Shown piece by piece: positions 1 to 10,200 of a stretch of DNA of 33,167 nucleotides. The notes beneath the pieces were generated by a model, which was not told the origin of the DNA, made no database searches, and saw only the letters and a program-made list of their open reading frames with translations. Position 1 is the first letter of the stretch; the number at the start of each line of letters is the position of its first letter. The stretch lies in sequence record SRR31156797_4757. One strand, 5' to 3'. The position numbers and the translations under genes are program-made.

Positions 1-180
1 AAAAGAAATGGACTCCGCCGGAAGGGCAAGAAAAAAACTGGGAGGAACGCCAGTGACGGCTCTCTTCTTCAAGTCGTTTAAACGACCTCCCAAATCGCCG
101 CCGCTGAAAGCGGCATCTACCCCTTCTTCTCTCCGTCGGGGTTTAAACTCCGACTGCTTCAGTCCGCGACCAGCGACCAT
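1..180 (-). CDS. Possible 5' end of a divergent gene running off the window (unknown product)
   Basis: ATG at 180 on the minus strand, with an open frame to base 1 (MVAGRGLKQSEFKPRRREEG...). No recognisable motif. Confidence 0.35.
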   Translation of the reverse strand, partial: MVAGRGLKQSEFKPRRREEGVDAAFSGGDLGGRLNDLKKRAVTGVPPSFFLALPAESISF

Positions 181-288
181 ATATATTAGACAACCACACC
201 CAAATCCTTTACAAGACTGTTCCGAAACGCCGTCTCCCACGGGTCTTTCCGTGTGTCCGGCAAAAAATGCGCTCCCCCAAAAGGCATT

Positions 289-2094
289 ATGAGCAAAATA
301 GATAAAATACGTAATTTCAGCATCATCGCCCATATCGACCATGGCAAGTCGACCTTGGCCGACCGCATTCTCGAACTCACCGGCATGGTCGGCGACCGCG
401 AGAAAAAAGACCAGTACCTTGATAAAATGGAACTGGAACGCGAACGCGGCATCACTATCAAGGCGCAAACCGTGCGAATTCCGTACACCGATACGGACGG
501 CGAAAAATATATCCTGAACCTCATCGACACGCCCGGCCACGTTGATTTCAGCTATGAAGTCTCGCGTTCGCTGTCGTCCTGCGAAGGCGCACTGCTCGTG
601 GTTGACTCCACGCAGGGCGTTGAGGCCCAGACCCTTGCCAATGTGTACCTCGCCATGGATAACGACCTCGAAGTTATCCCGGTGCTCAATAAGATCGACC
701 TGCCGAGTGCAGACCCCGAGGCGATCAGCCACGAGATCGAAGACGTGATCGGTCTGGACTGCTCCAATCCGATTATGGTTTCGGCCAAGACCGGTCTGAA
801 CGTGCAGGAAGTCATCGACGCGGTCATCAACCTGTTGCCCCCGCCCGAAGGCGACCCGGAAGCACCGCTCAAGGCGCTCATTTTCGACTCATGGTATGAT
901 TCATATCAGGGCGTTGTGGTGCTGTTTCGTATCCTCGACGGCAAGCTCAAGAAGGGCGACAAGATCAAGATTTTCTCCACGGGCAAGGAGTTCGACGTCA
1001 CACGTGTCGGCGCGTTCATGCCCGAAGCCGTGGATATCAAGGCCATGGGACCGGGCGAAGTCGGGTTCCTGTGCGCATCCATGAAAGAACTTGGCGACGC
1101 ACCAGTCGGCGATACTATCACCAAGGCTGAAAACCCGGTGGCCGTGCCGTATCCCGGCTTCAAACCGGTCAAGCCCATGGTGTTCTCCGGCCTGTATCCT
1201 ATTGAACCGGCAGAGTATGAAACGCTCAAGGCCGCACTGGAAAAACTCCAGCTCAATGACGCGGCGTTCAGCTACGAACCGGAAACTTCGCAGGCTCTGG
1301 GCTTCGGCTTCCGCTGCGGATTCCTCGGACTGCTGCATATCGAGATCATTCAGGAACGGCTGGAACGCGAGTTCGAGGCCAAGCTCATCACTACGGCTCC
1401 GTCAGTTATCTATGAGGTGTCGGATATCCATGATGAGATCATGACCATCGATAACCCGTCCAAGTTGCCTGATCCGTCAAATATCGGCAGCATCCGCGAA
1501 CCGTTCGTGCGTCTTGAAGTGCATGTGCCCAATGAATTCGTGGGCGCGGTGCTGGCTCTGTGCGAGGAGAAACGCGGCATCCAGAAAAACATGGCCTACC
1601 TGACCGAGAAGCGCGTGGTGATTACCTACGAGATTCCGTTCGCCGAGGTCATGTACGACTTCTTCGACAAACTCAAATCCTCTACCAAAGGATATGCGAG
1701 CCTGGATTACGAGATCATCGATTACCGCGAGGCCGACCTTGTGCGTCTCGATATCCTGATCAACGGCGACCCCGTGGACGCATTCTCCTGCATTGTGCAC
1801 CGCGAGAACGCGGCCCGTATCGGCCGGTCACTGGCTCTCAAGTTGAAACGCTCGATCCCGCGCCAGATGTTCGAAGTGGTCATTCAGGCCGCCATCGGCA
1901 ACAAGATCGTTGCCAAGGAACGCAATGCACCGTTCCGTAAAGACGTTACCGCCAAGTGTTACGGCGGCGACATCACTCGTAAACGTAAATTGTTGGAAAA
2001 ACAGAAAGAAGGTAAGAAACGTATGCGCCGCATGGGTAACGTTGAAATACCTCAGGAAGCGTTTCTCTCAGTACTTAAATCTGACGAAGACTAA
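289..2094 (+). CDS. lepA: Translation elongation factor 4 (LepA)
   Basis: [39 protein letters not shown] and C-terminal [24 protein letters not shown]. Start placed at ATG 289. Confidence 0.98.
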   Translation: MSKIDKIRNFSIIAHIDHGKSTLADRILELTGMVGDREKKDQYLDKMELERERGITIKAQTVRIPYTDTDGEKYILNLIDTPGHVDFSYEVSRSLSSCEGALLVVDSTQGVEAQTLANVYLAMDNDLEVIPVLNKIDLPSADPEAISHEIEDVIGLDCSNPIMVSAKTGLNVQEVIDAVINLLPPPEGDPEAPLKALIFDSWYDSYQGVVVLFRILDGKLKKGDKIKIFSTGKEFDVTRVGAFMPEAVDIKAMGPGEVGFLCASMKELGDAPVGDTITKAENPVAVPYPGFKPVKPMVFSGLYPIEPAEYETLKAALEKLQLNDAAFSYEPETSQALGFGFRCGFLGLLHIEIIQERLEREFEAKLITTAPSVIYEVSDIHDEIMTIDNPSKLPDPSNIGSIREPFVRLEVHVPNEFVGAVLALCEEKRGIQKNMAYLTEKRVVITYEIPFAEVMYDFFDKLKSSTKGYASLDYEIIDYREADLVRLDILINGDPVDAFSCIVHRENAARIGRSLALKLKRSIPRQMFEVVIQAAIGNKIVAKERNAPFRKDVTAKCYGGDITRKRKLLEKQKEGKKRMRRMGNVEIPQEAFLSVLKSDED

Positions 2095-2229
2095 TAGACC
2101 GACCCAAATGCCCCGACGATGGCGTTTCCCTCATGTGGAAACGTTTTGCACAACCGTGCACATCGGACCGCGTTGTGATACGCCCTGCATTCGAGTCTTC
2201 TTACAAGAATTAACATTGGACTAGATATT

Positions 2230-2850
2230 ATGACCCAAAGCTCTCTGAAATCCTTTCGCGACTCCATCGAGGCCATTGTCGTCGCCCTGCTGCTCGCCTT
2301 TGTTATCCGCGCCTTTATTGTTCAAGCTTTTAAAATCCCGTCCGGCTCCATGCTGGAAACCTTGCAGATAGGCGACCACTTGCTGGTCACCAAGTTCGCG
2401 TATGACGTGCGCCTGCCGTCCAATATCTGGCTCGACACCACAGATGGTAAAGTCCTTGCCAAGACCGGCGACCCTGAACGCGGCGATATCATTGTGTTCA
2501 AGTTCCCGGAAGATGAGTCCAAGGATTTCATCAAGCGCGTTATCGGTCTGCCCGGTGAGACCATCGAGATTCGTAATAAAGTAGTCTACATCGACGGCCA
2601 GCCTATCGATGAGCCGTACACCCAGCATACCAAATTCACCCGCAATCCCATTCGTGACGACTTCGGGCCGTTCACCGTGCCGCAGGACGAGTTCTTTGTC
2701 ATGGGCGATAACCGTGAAGGCTCCTACGATTCCCGCTGGTGGGGACCGGTCAAGCGTCAGAAGATCGTGGGTAAAGCCCTCGTCATCTACTGGTCCTGGG
2801 GCTCCCTGACAGATATCAGATTCAATCGCATCGGAACCATGTTCAATTAG
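2230..2850 (+). CDS. lepB: Signal peptidase I
   Basis: N-terminal TM helix, IPSGSM (catalytic Ser), FIKRVIGLPG (Lys), MGDNR..S.DSR. Directly follows lepA. Confidence 0.97.
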   Translation: MTQSSLKSFRDSIEAIVVALLLAFVIRAFIVQAFKIPSGSMLETLQIGDHLLVTKFAYDVRLPSNIWLDTTDGKVLAKTGDPERGDIIVFKFPEDESKDFIKRVIGLPGETIEIRNKVVYIDGQPIDEPYTQHTKFTRNPIRDDFGPFTVPQDEFFVMGDNREGSYDSRWWGPVKRQKIVGKALVIYWSWGSLTDIRFNRIGTMFN

Positions 2851-2863
2851 ATCGGTTGTAGAA

Positions 2864-2868
2864 AAAAT
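2864..2868. repeat. Target-site duplication, left copy (AAAAT)
   Basis: Immediately precedes TGT at 2869. An identical AAAAT follows ACA at 19090. Confidence 0.88.
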
Positions 2869-2937
2869 TGTGAATTCCATCGCTAAACGCGACTGAACAT
2901 CGATAAGGGCTACTGATACAACGATAAAGAGAACTGA
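2869..2937 (+). repeat. Transposon end with three closely packed TnsB-binding-like repeats
   Basis: CATCGCTAAACGCGACTGA (2878-2896), CATCGATAAGGGCTACTGA (2898-2916), CAACGATAAAGAGAACTGA (2919-2937). Confidence 0.85.
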
Positions 2938-3018
2938 GGTGAGTAGTGGAGATGACGAACAATATTTCCACACACATTATAAGCAGTACATTTTTTCTCG
3001 TGTTAGAAGAGCTTTACG

Positions 3019-3051
3019 GCGGCCATTGCTATTTCAGCAGTGGTCGCTTTT
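3019..3051 (+). terminator. Putative intrinsic terminator inside the transposon end
   Basis: GCGGCCATTGCT-atttc-AGCAGTGGTCGC forms a 12-bp stem with 2 G-U pairs, followed by TTTT. Confidence 0.55.
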
Positions 3052-3085
3052 ACTGTTGAAGATTCTCTTATGGTGGTGAGTGATT

Positions 3086-4801
3086 ATGACAACTAGCACT
3101 ATGATCCCTGGCATAAAAACATTTCCCAAAGACGGTCGAGTATGGCGGATTGATTGGCTTGGTGCAATCAATTCAAATACTCAACGCTCTGTTGAGCCAA
3201 CTATTGATGTGATAATCAGTCCCCTAGAATCAAAACAAGTACAGGCATTAACTTCAGACAATTCTAGAAGGGGTGTAATCGTTGGTGTGGGGCTACTGCC
3301 GTTCCTTAGAATTGGATCTTTATGGCTTGATGGTTTGCCATATCCGGACTTTTTAGGCTCTAATGAAGAATTACTTCATATCGAGATTGCAGAAGATACT
3401 ATAACAAATATCCATGCAAATGATCTTGATTCTACACAAGATGAAATACGCGCCATTATTCCATGGTGGGAGTATGATGTTGGTGATGCTGGCCGTGAAT
3501 CTCAATGTATAGCTATCCAGTATGAAAAAGATCCTTTTGGAATAATACTACCAAGTATTGAGGCTATTCGTTTTTACTATGCAGGGTCTACCAATTTGAC
3601 AAGTATGACTTTGTTTGGAGCGTATGAGAATTATTTAAATGATATCATTAATGTAGAGAAGTCAGGTTTCTTGGAAGAGCATGCCCGATGTATATTGCAG
3701 TTGAGGCGTTGGATAACTGATGACGATGGGTGGACAATTGGAAGAGTTTTACATGATAAATTTGCGAGAGCTGGCGTTAGACAAGTTTACGACTCAATAC
3801 TTCCGTATTCAATGAAAGGCGAGCCTGTTTACCCCAAATGTGGTTTGCCTTTTGAGGGGGAAGTCAATTGGGTTGCTCGCGGGAAGTGGATAAAGAGTGG
3901 GCTTGAGCCTGGACGCCGTTTCATTGTGTTTGAGTTAATTCGATGTTCTTCACCTTTTCCATTTGATGAGCTTCATGTAATCCGAGATAATGATGGCAGA
4001 CAGGCTGCTGAGGATACAGATATCCCAGAAGTAGAAAAGATGCCGGCTTGGGGTGTCCCCAGAGTAGCAAGGCTTCCTGGAGAGAAAGAAGCTTTGCTTC
4101 AGAGCGAAGAGGATCCACAAAAAGGTATAGCTCCAATGTATGTACCGTTAATTGGGGATCGGTTTGATGCATTGGATGGCAAAGAGATAATAAAAACCGA
4201 AAAAGAAGAAGCACCATATAAAGGGGTGAGGTTGTCTAGCCTTTTGACTGTGTCACCCGAGTCCTATAGCACCGGGGAAGAGGTTAGCGGAGAACATCCC
4301 GTAGGGGCAGTCAAAATACAAGAGGCGAGAAGGCGTAAAGGGATAGCCCCCTCATTTGATATTCTTATAAAGGCTGCCGAATTAATCAATTCGCAAGATG
4401 GATTTAGAGCTTCAATGCGATCGACCCGCTACGATCAGTTTTTAACTCCTCCTTTAAGCTCTAAAGCAAGAAAGCCATGGCCATACCTTGATTACAAAGC
4501 AGACAGGTTGCGGTGTGTTTGGGCCATTGATGTTGAATATCGCGGGGGGCATTATTGCTTTATTGATTTTGAATTGCGGAAGAAAAATGAGCATACTGCA
4601 GCTCTTGTCAGACATTTGGCAGGGAATAGACTTTCTAAGTCTGATTTTTCTATAATTTTACATCTGATTTCCGCCACGAAAGGACGATGGGATAGGTCGC
4701 GTTTTGCTCGCCATGGTATGCTTGTGACCAAAAGGAAGCATACGTGGTCAGATGCAATGGGATGTGCAAAGGCCGTAGTCGATATGATCACTAGAGGCTA
4801 G
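3086..4801 (+). CDS. Divergent TnsE-like target-selector protein
   Basis: About 570 aa, inside the Tn ends. Collinear motifs IILPSIEAIRFYY, ARGKW...FIVFEL, YSTGE...G, FDIL and RCVWAIDVEYRGGHYCFIDFE resemble my recollection of Tn7 TnsE. Start uncertain (3080/3086/3101). Confidence 0.6.
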   Translation: MTTSTMIPGIKTFPKDGRVWRIDWLGAINSNTQRSVEPTIDVIISPLESKQVQALTSDNSRRGVIVGVGLLPFLRIGSLWLDGLPYPDFLGSNEELLHIEIAEDTITNIHANDLDSTQDEIRAIIPWWEYDVGDAGRESQCIAIQYEKDPFGIILPSIEAIRFYYAGSTNLTSMTLFGAYENYLNDIINVEKSGFLEEHARCILQLRRWITDDDGWTIGRVLHDKFARAGVRQVYDSILPYSMKGEPVYPKCGLPFEGEVNWVARGKWIKSGLEPGRRFIVFELIRCSSPFPFDELHVIRDNDGRQAAEDTDIPEVEKMPAWGVPRVARLPGEKEALLQSEEDPQKGIAPMYVPLIGDRFDALDGKEIIKTEKEEAPYKGVRLSSLLTVSPESYSTGEEVSGEHPVGAVKIQEARRRKGIAPSFDILIKAAELINSQDGFRASMRSTRYDQFLTPPLSSKARKPWPYLDYKADRLRCVWAIDVEYRGGHYCFIDFELRKKNEHTAALVRHLAGNRLSKSDFSIILHLISATKGRWDRSRFARHGMLVTKRKHTWSDAMGCAKAVVDMITRG

Positions 4802-4858
4802 TAGTTACTATGGCAGCCTCATATAGCCTTGTTGTGACGGTAATTCCTCCTCCATTTT

Positions 4859-5587
4859 TTACATCGGGTTAATACTCACTTTTTGGCCTCCCCCGCTTAA
4901 TTGAGCCCGGTAGCATGAGAGTGGTGTGTTTCGTTTTTCATTCATCTCAGTGACTTTATTAATGAGCCCTTCGCTTGCGTTAGCTCCAAATATCAAGCCA
5001 ATTAGCTGGTCTGGGTTGAACTTGTGATAACCAGGCCCTTTTTCCTCCCAAACTTTCCATTCTTCTTCATTTTTCCATTTTTTTGTCTTTGTCACGAGTG
5101 ACTCTAATAGTTGCCCCTCTCGATCAGGCCTGAAGGGATTGTAGAGGGGAAGCTCATCCTCATAAAAGATTTTGTATACGGGAAAGAGAGGAGGAGAGTC
5201 ATGCTCCATTGAAAAAATCAGACATACACCGGTATGTCCAGCAGCATATGATTGCCACATGTGCATATTGTTGTTTCTCTCAGTTAGGCAGAGAATTCCA
5301 ACTGTGTCTGACACTCTTGATGAATCAATGCCCTCTTCAGCCTTGTGCTCGAAATCAAGTAGTAGTCTCAGTATCTCATTTTGTATTTGATGTGGTCTCC
5401 ATAGAGGTTTCCTGAGGCGGACAAGCTTTCGGATAGTAAGCATTTTTATTATGCGCGGGGCGTTAGGTTCTATTGTGATCTTACAATCGCATGGATCATC
5501 GAAAGTGCTAGGTGCTGAAAAATGGAGCGTGTCTTCAAGGAAAATCTGCTGAAGCCATTCCTTTTTCGGTTTATGGTATCGATACAA
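4859..5587 (-). CDS. DUF2971-like protein (candidate defence gene)
   Basis: YRY, FSAPSTFDDPCD, ILCLTE....HMWQSYA..HTGVCL, TK...W..EEEW and LIFGA form the typical DUF2971 pattern. Start codon uncertain. Confidence 0.78.
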   Translation of the reverse strand: MYRYHKPKKEWLQQIFLEDTLHFSAPSTFDDPCDCKITIEPNAPRIIKMLTIRKLVRLRKPLWRPHQIQNEILRLLLDFEHKAEEGIDSSRVSDTVGILCLTERNNNMHMWQSYAAGHTGVCLIFSMEHDSPPLFPVYKIFYEDELPLYNPFRPDREGQLLESLVTKTKKWKNEEEWKVWEEKGPGYHKFNPDQLIGLIFGANASEGLINKVTEMNEKRNTPLSCYRAQLSGGGQKVSINPM

Positions 5588-5673
5588 TTCATCGGGCCAC
5601 CTAGATAGAGAGTATGCACATATCTCTCCAAAGTTTTCATGCGGGCATCCTTCTACTGCTCTGGTTCAAGCTT

Positions 5674-6909
5674 CTAACCTCGGCAAAAATTAGACAGCTG
5701 AGTTTCAAGGTCTTCCTTCAGGCAACGCATTTTATAACTTGAGATTAGCTGGGGAGGGTCTTGTTTTGCTCGATCACCTACCGCTATTCGATTTTGCTTT
5801 TTAATCTTCAAAGTAGCTTTTTCGCCGATTACATCCTGAATACTATGTAAGTTGTAATTAAAAACAGGCTGATCAGGTTTGTCTGTAGGCTCATGGCAAA
5901 ATTTTGCATCGATCAAAACATGCTTTCCGAACTCTGTTAGTTTATTCTCAGATGTTGCGACATACCCTAGCGAGATTTCGGGGAGGCTTCTTGTTGAAAG
6001 CACATCCATTGGCAAACGAAGTAAAAAAAGATCCCAAGCGGTTGCTCGTAATGATGTTATCGCATCACTCTTATTCATGTTTTGCTGAATGTTAACCAGC
6101 TTGCCTGCAAGATTAGAAAAGTAAAATAGAGCAAGATGTTGCTCATGTGCTAAGATTAAGCCGATGTCGTTTCTCATGAACTTATCGAATTCATCAAGTT
6201 TTTTATAAGGCCCCTTTTTATCTTTGTGTTTGATGAGGACCATCTTTAACAGGCATAAATATGTAACATCTAGACTGCTTTGTGATTGGGGATGTTCGCT
6301 AATTTTCAAAATGAGCTTCTGACTACATTCATTAAAAGAATCTGCATTATATTTGTCGAAAAGTTCCTGTGTAAGCTTTTCGTCGAGCCTTATGGATGAA
6401 TCTTTGAGGAAAGTATTTGTGTCAATTGATTGTAATTTCAAAATGGATTCAACGACTGGCGGTGTGTTGACCCAAAAGTCCCAGAGCGAATTTTTATGAT
6501 ATGATTCAATGACGTAAAAAATGGGGTTAAAGTCGAATCCTGTTTTAGTAAGATGTACTAGAAAATCATGAGTGCATTTCATAATGTCATTAGGGACATT
6601 AGTATTTTGCTTGTAATAACGATCTAGGTGAGAGGCAATATGACTATCCATAATTACCGAAGGGTAAAAATGGAAATGAAACTCTCCGGGGAAGCAAGTC
6701 TGATTATTTAAGTAATATGGGCGCTTTCCGTTGAATTGATCAAGGATACATATCCGATGTTTCCCGTGTTTAAATTCCACGCTTCCATTGTATGGAGCAT
6801 CATGATTTGGTGAGTCCTTGACTAAAAATACGCTAATCCTATCGTCACCAGTCTTTTGAAAGTAGGAAAACAGGTCCCCTATCATTTTACCCCCATATAT
6901 TTGCTTCAT
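5674..6909 (-). CDS. Hypothetical protein, possible PIN-like nuclease fold
   Basis: 411-aa AT-rich ORF. Acidic motif spacing VIMDSH...YVIE...AWDL...VATSE resembles a PIN domain. Confidence 0.6.
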   Translation of the reverse strand: MKQIYGGKMIGDLFSYFQKTGDDRISVFLVKDSPNHDAPYNGSVEFKHGKHRICILDQFNGKRPYYLNNQTCFPGEFHFHFYPSVIMDSHIASHLDRYYKQNTNVPNDIMKCTHDFLVHLTKTGFDFNPIFYVIESYHKNSLWDFWVNTPPVVESILKLQSIDTNTFLKDSSIRLDEKLTQELFDKYNADSFNECSQKLILKISEHPQSQSSLDVTYLCLLKMVLIKHKDKKGPYKKLDEFDKFMRNDIGLILAHEQHLALFYFSNLAGKLVNIQQNMNKSDAITSLRATAWDLFLLRLPMDVLSTRSLPEISLGYVATSENKLTEFGKHVLIDAKFCHEPTDKPDQPVFNYNLHSIQDVIGEKATLKIKKQNRIAVGDRAKQDPPQLISSYKMRCLKEDLETQLSNFCRG

Positions 6910-7021
6910 TGTATCCGGCTCACAGCCTTAAAACATGATACTCAGTGGCAACAGAGCGAGCCTACTTCTTCTCTATTAGTTATGCCTTCAGAGATGCGAG
7001 GAAGGCAAAGTTAGGCGGGTG

Positions 7022-7282
7022 TTATTCTTCAATATCCATATTTGCAGGGAAGCGGATTTTTTGCATCGTGAGCATCTGGTTTGCGTTCAAGCGTGCCATT
7101 TCGTCAACACTTAGAAAGTCGATGCGACCATTTGGAAGCTTCCTGACCTTCATTATGCTATCTACAACCGTCAGTCCCTTTGCGAAGTGCATTTTACCAT
7201 TGCGCATTGAGTTTTCCAAAAGATGAAATCTGTGTTCGAACTCAGCTCTTGTCTTTGGGGTTTCCATTGGCTCAATATTCAT
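7022..7282 (-). CDS. avs1c: AVAST type 1 small protein Avs1c
   Basis: 86 aa, TPKTRAEFEHRFHLL...GKMHF...KVRKLPNGRIDFLSVDEMARLNAN. Directly after the protease-STAND gene, with a GGAG RBS. Confidence 0.85.
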   Translation of the reverse strand: MNIEPMETPKTRAEFEHRFHLLENSMRNGKMHFAKGLTVVDSIMKVRKLPNGRIDFLSVDEMARLNANQMLTMQKIRFPANMDIEE

Positions 7283-7298
7283 GTCTGCTCCATGTTTT

Positions 7299-10200
7299 TT
7301 AGTTGGTAGTTATCATGCTGACAGGCTGACCATCGATCTCATAAACCCAAGCCAATGAAAAACCAAACGGTAGCTTTAGTGCATCTTCTTTGATGGCCAA
7401 AGAGCAACCTTCATGTTCTGGACCTCCTCCCAAACTTTCTGAGAATCTACCCGACTTCCAATGCGAACGAGTAAAATCAGCTCCAGAAGCACCTGTATAT
7501 TTAATTAAATCTGAAGTTGGAATAGCAGGCGTAAAGCCGCCAAAGTAAGCCGGTAAGCCAATAACGTTACTACAAGTATCCCACTGAGTGTTCTTTGCTG
7601 TCGTTGGCTCATCTGTTGAAAAGAATCGTCCCGAAGGGAGTGGAAGATCTTTTTCTTTATCGTAGAAATAGGCAGTTAGCCTTACGCTAACCATTTTTTC
7701 TCCCTGCCAAATTCTTTCATAATAATCGAGATAAATATCTTCCCCACTGATAGGTTTGATTGATTCCATTTGCTCAAGCCAGTTTAAAGCCGGCGAAGAG
7801 AAGCCAACAACCCGCATCCCCTCTATACGTGTTGGGTTATATGGGCGAAAGATGTCCTCGATTTGGGGAAGTTGGTGCAAGGTCGACACAGGGAGAAGTG
7901 CAACCTGGAATGCAAAGCGGACTTTTGCTTCCCATCTTCCTGGGCGACGAGGGTTCCCTCTGGCCCCTTCTGCAAGTAGTTGTTCAAGCTCTAAGTTTGT
8001 TTCCCACGGCAGCGGCAGGCACTCCTTCTTAAGTATTTCCGATGCTCGTTTAATTAAATCATCACATGCAAGACCTAGCTCTGTAAGCCTAGACCACTGA
8101 TACATGATACTCTCAGCCCATTGTGGGCAATTGAGCTTAGATGAGGAGTTAGATTTGAAAGCCGAAGTTGGAAAATCTTTCTCCAATAGAGTCAGAGCTT
8201 TCGCGGCGGGATTCGAACCATTTTTTGCAGCTCGATTCACAATGTGTATCAGAACGGAAAGTCTGCCAGCATGCATACAGTCTTTTTTGATACTCACAAT
8301 ATCTAAGGCAGGAGCTAGTTGATCCCAAAGCTGTATTGAATCTATGTTGGAGAGTTGGTCTAGAACTCCACAGAGGACGTCTGGGTGGTTGTTGCTGTTC
8401 ATTGAGAAGGCTTGAGGGCCAAATTCAAGAATATACTCAGAATCCATTCTGAGTAGCCAAAGCAGCATCTCCGCAGCTTTCTCACTTCGTAGCCAGGTGG
8501 GATGGTCAACAGCATGAAGGATAAGCTGCATGAAGCAAGAAGAAATTTCTTCTCCGTTGGTTTTTTCCAAAAAATCATAGCTTTGAATCTGATGATCAGC
8601 AAAATCTATCATAATTGAGATGTGCTCTAACGCCACCTTTACCAAGGCCGCTTGTTCCTCCTGAGTGCACCTTTCTCCCAGCCATTCAATTAGCTGGTTA
8701 GCTATGAGCCATCTGTCGTCGTGGCGTTCATTCAGTATAAGTGCTGAGTATGATTTGATTACTTCTGATGTCGAATCAGTCGTCTGAAGCAGCATTTTTT
8801 TAGCCTTAGAGGCCTCACTCATCAGATTGCTCCAGATAGACCACTCCCCTTTTTGAATTGCCTCTAGTCCAGTGATCACCTCTTTTTGCGCTTCGGATTT
8901 ATTGCGGCGTTTTAAATACCGTTCAGCCCTTGAAAAAGCTTCTTTTGCCTCTGCGATTGAGGCTTTTGTCCCAAACACCCCTGGGAAAAACAATTCATCG
9001 CGAGACTCTTGTTGCTGGGGCTGGCTTTCGCTTTCCTGGGCCGAAGTTGGATTCGAATCAGTTGCTGGGTCATTGAGGGGAGAGTATACTCCGAACAGTG
9101 CCTCATATTTCTCAACAAGCTCAGAGGGCAACTCTTTGCTGACTGAAGATAAAAAATCAGAACACTGCTCCTTCTCAACTTCCGATTCGCATATAAGCTT
9201 TAGCCGCTTCATCATTGCGGCAACAGCCTCTCCATCTCCTTGGTTCAAATTTACTAGCTGAGCATACGCTTTCCCATAATTGGTAAGATGCCGCGAATCT
9301 CCAAACTGAAATATCTCCAGAAGAGACCAGCACAATTTCCAGTCAATGACCGGAATTGCTGACCTGACAATACGCAGTATCGCATCTTGCTCATCTAGGG
9401 CTCCACCAGGGAAACGTGTCCCCCTTAATGGGGAGACTCTGTCGATCTCTCCTTCTTTAGCTTCTTGCAGCAACTGCTCGGGAGAGCCATAGGTTTGACG
9501 CATGAAGTAACTCGACACTTTACCGTAATCACCTCGAGCACATAAAGCAGCGATAAAGTCACTCTTGGCATATCGAACAAATCGCTGAAACGTCATCTCG
9601 CCAGCAGCAGCATCTAAAAAGCCTGCAATTTGAGACAATGTACCCGTTTCTAGTGCTGTGTCATCGCCAACAGAACTCATGGCTGAGGTCATCAAACCAA
9701 ACTGATCTTCTTTGTACCAATTGGGGCCCATTGAAAATGCTAGGACAGATTGGTATGACCGCTGAGCCTCTTCTGTTGCGCCTAGTCGAACAAACAAAGG
9801 TATAATAGCTAAGAGTTCAGGGACAAGTTCATGGCGATTCTTCAGATTTTTTTGTACAAACTCTCGCCAACGCTCAGTCAGTGAAAATGCCTGATCTTCA
9901 ACATCATCTTCTAAATGGATCCGGGTGACTTTTTCTAAAACTCTGGCCAGCACGTCTCTAAATCCCTCTGAATAGAGGCCATATTGAGAAGAAAAGCGAT
10001 CTTCAATAAATGCTAGCAAGTCACTGATGTGGCCAGGGAAAATGTCAATAACTAATGACGCTAGCTGCTGGTATATTCGAGGGAATACAGCTTCGGGAAG
10101 CGCATAACTGGTTTCCCATTTAGCCCGTTGTGCCAGAGTAAATTTAAGCTGACTAAGAACCTTTTCTTGTAAAACAGCCCAAACTGCCTCTAGCTGTTTA

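Noticed and set aside
253-288. GTG-extended N-terminus of LepA
   Set aside because: LepA homology begins just after ATG 289 and the extension is not family-like.
2878-2937. Short direct repeats as a mini CRISPR array (CAST)
   Set aside because: The repeats are degenerate with 1-2 bp gaps, have no spacers and match the opposite transposon end. No cas genes are present.
2221-2973. 250-aa antisense ORF over lepB
   Set aside because: Shadow of lepB that spans the transposon junction, with no motifs.
6960-7016. attC-like site after avs1c (GCCTAAC...GTAGGC, 57 bp, internal hairpin)
   Set aside because: The distal core lacks GTT, the arms are asymmetric, and there is no integrase or second copy. 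It is more likely a simple hairpin.
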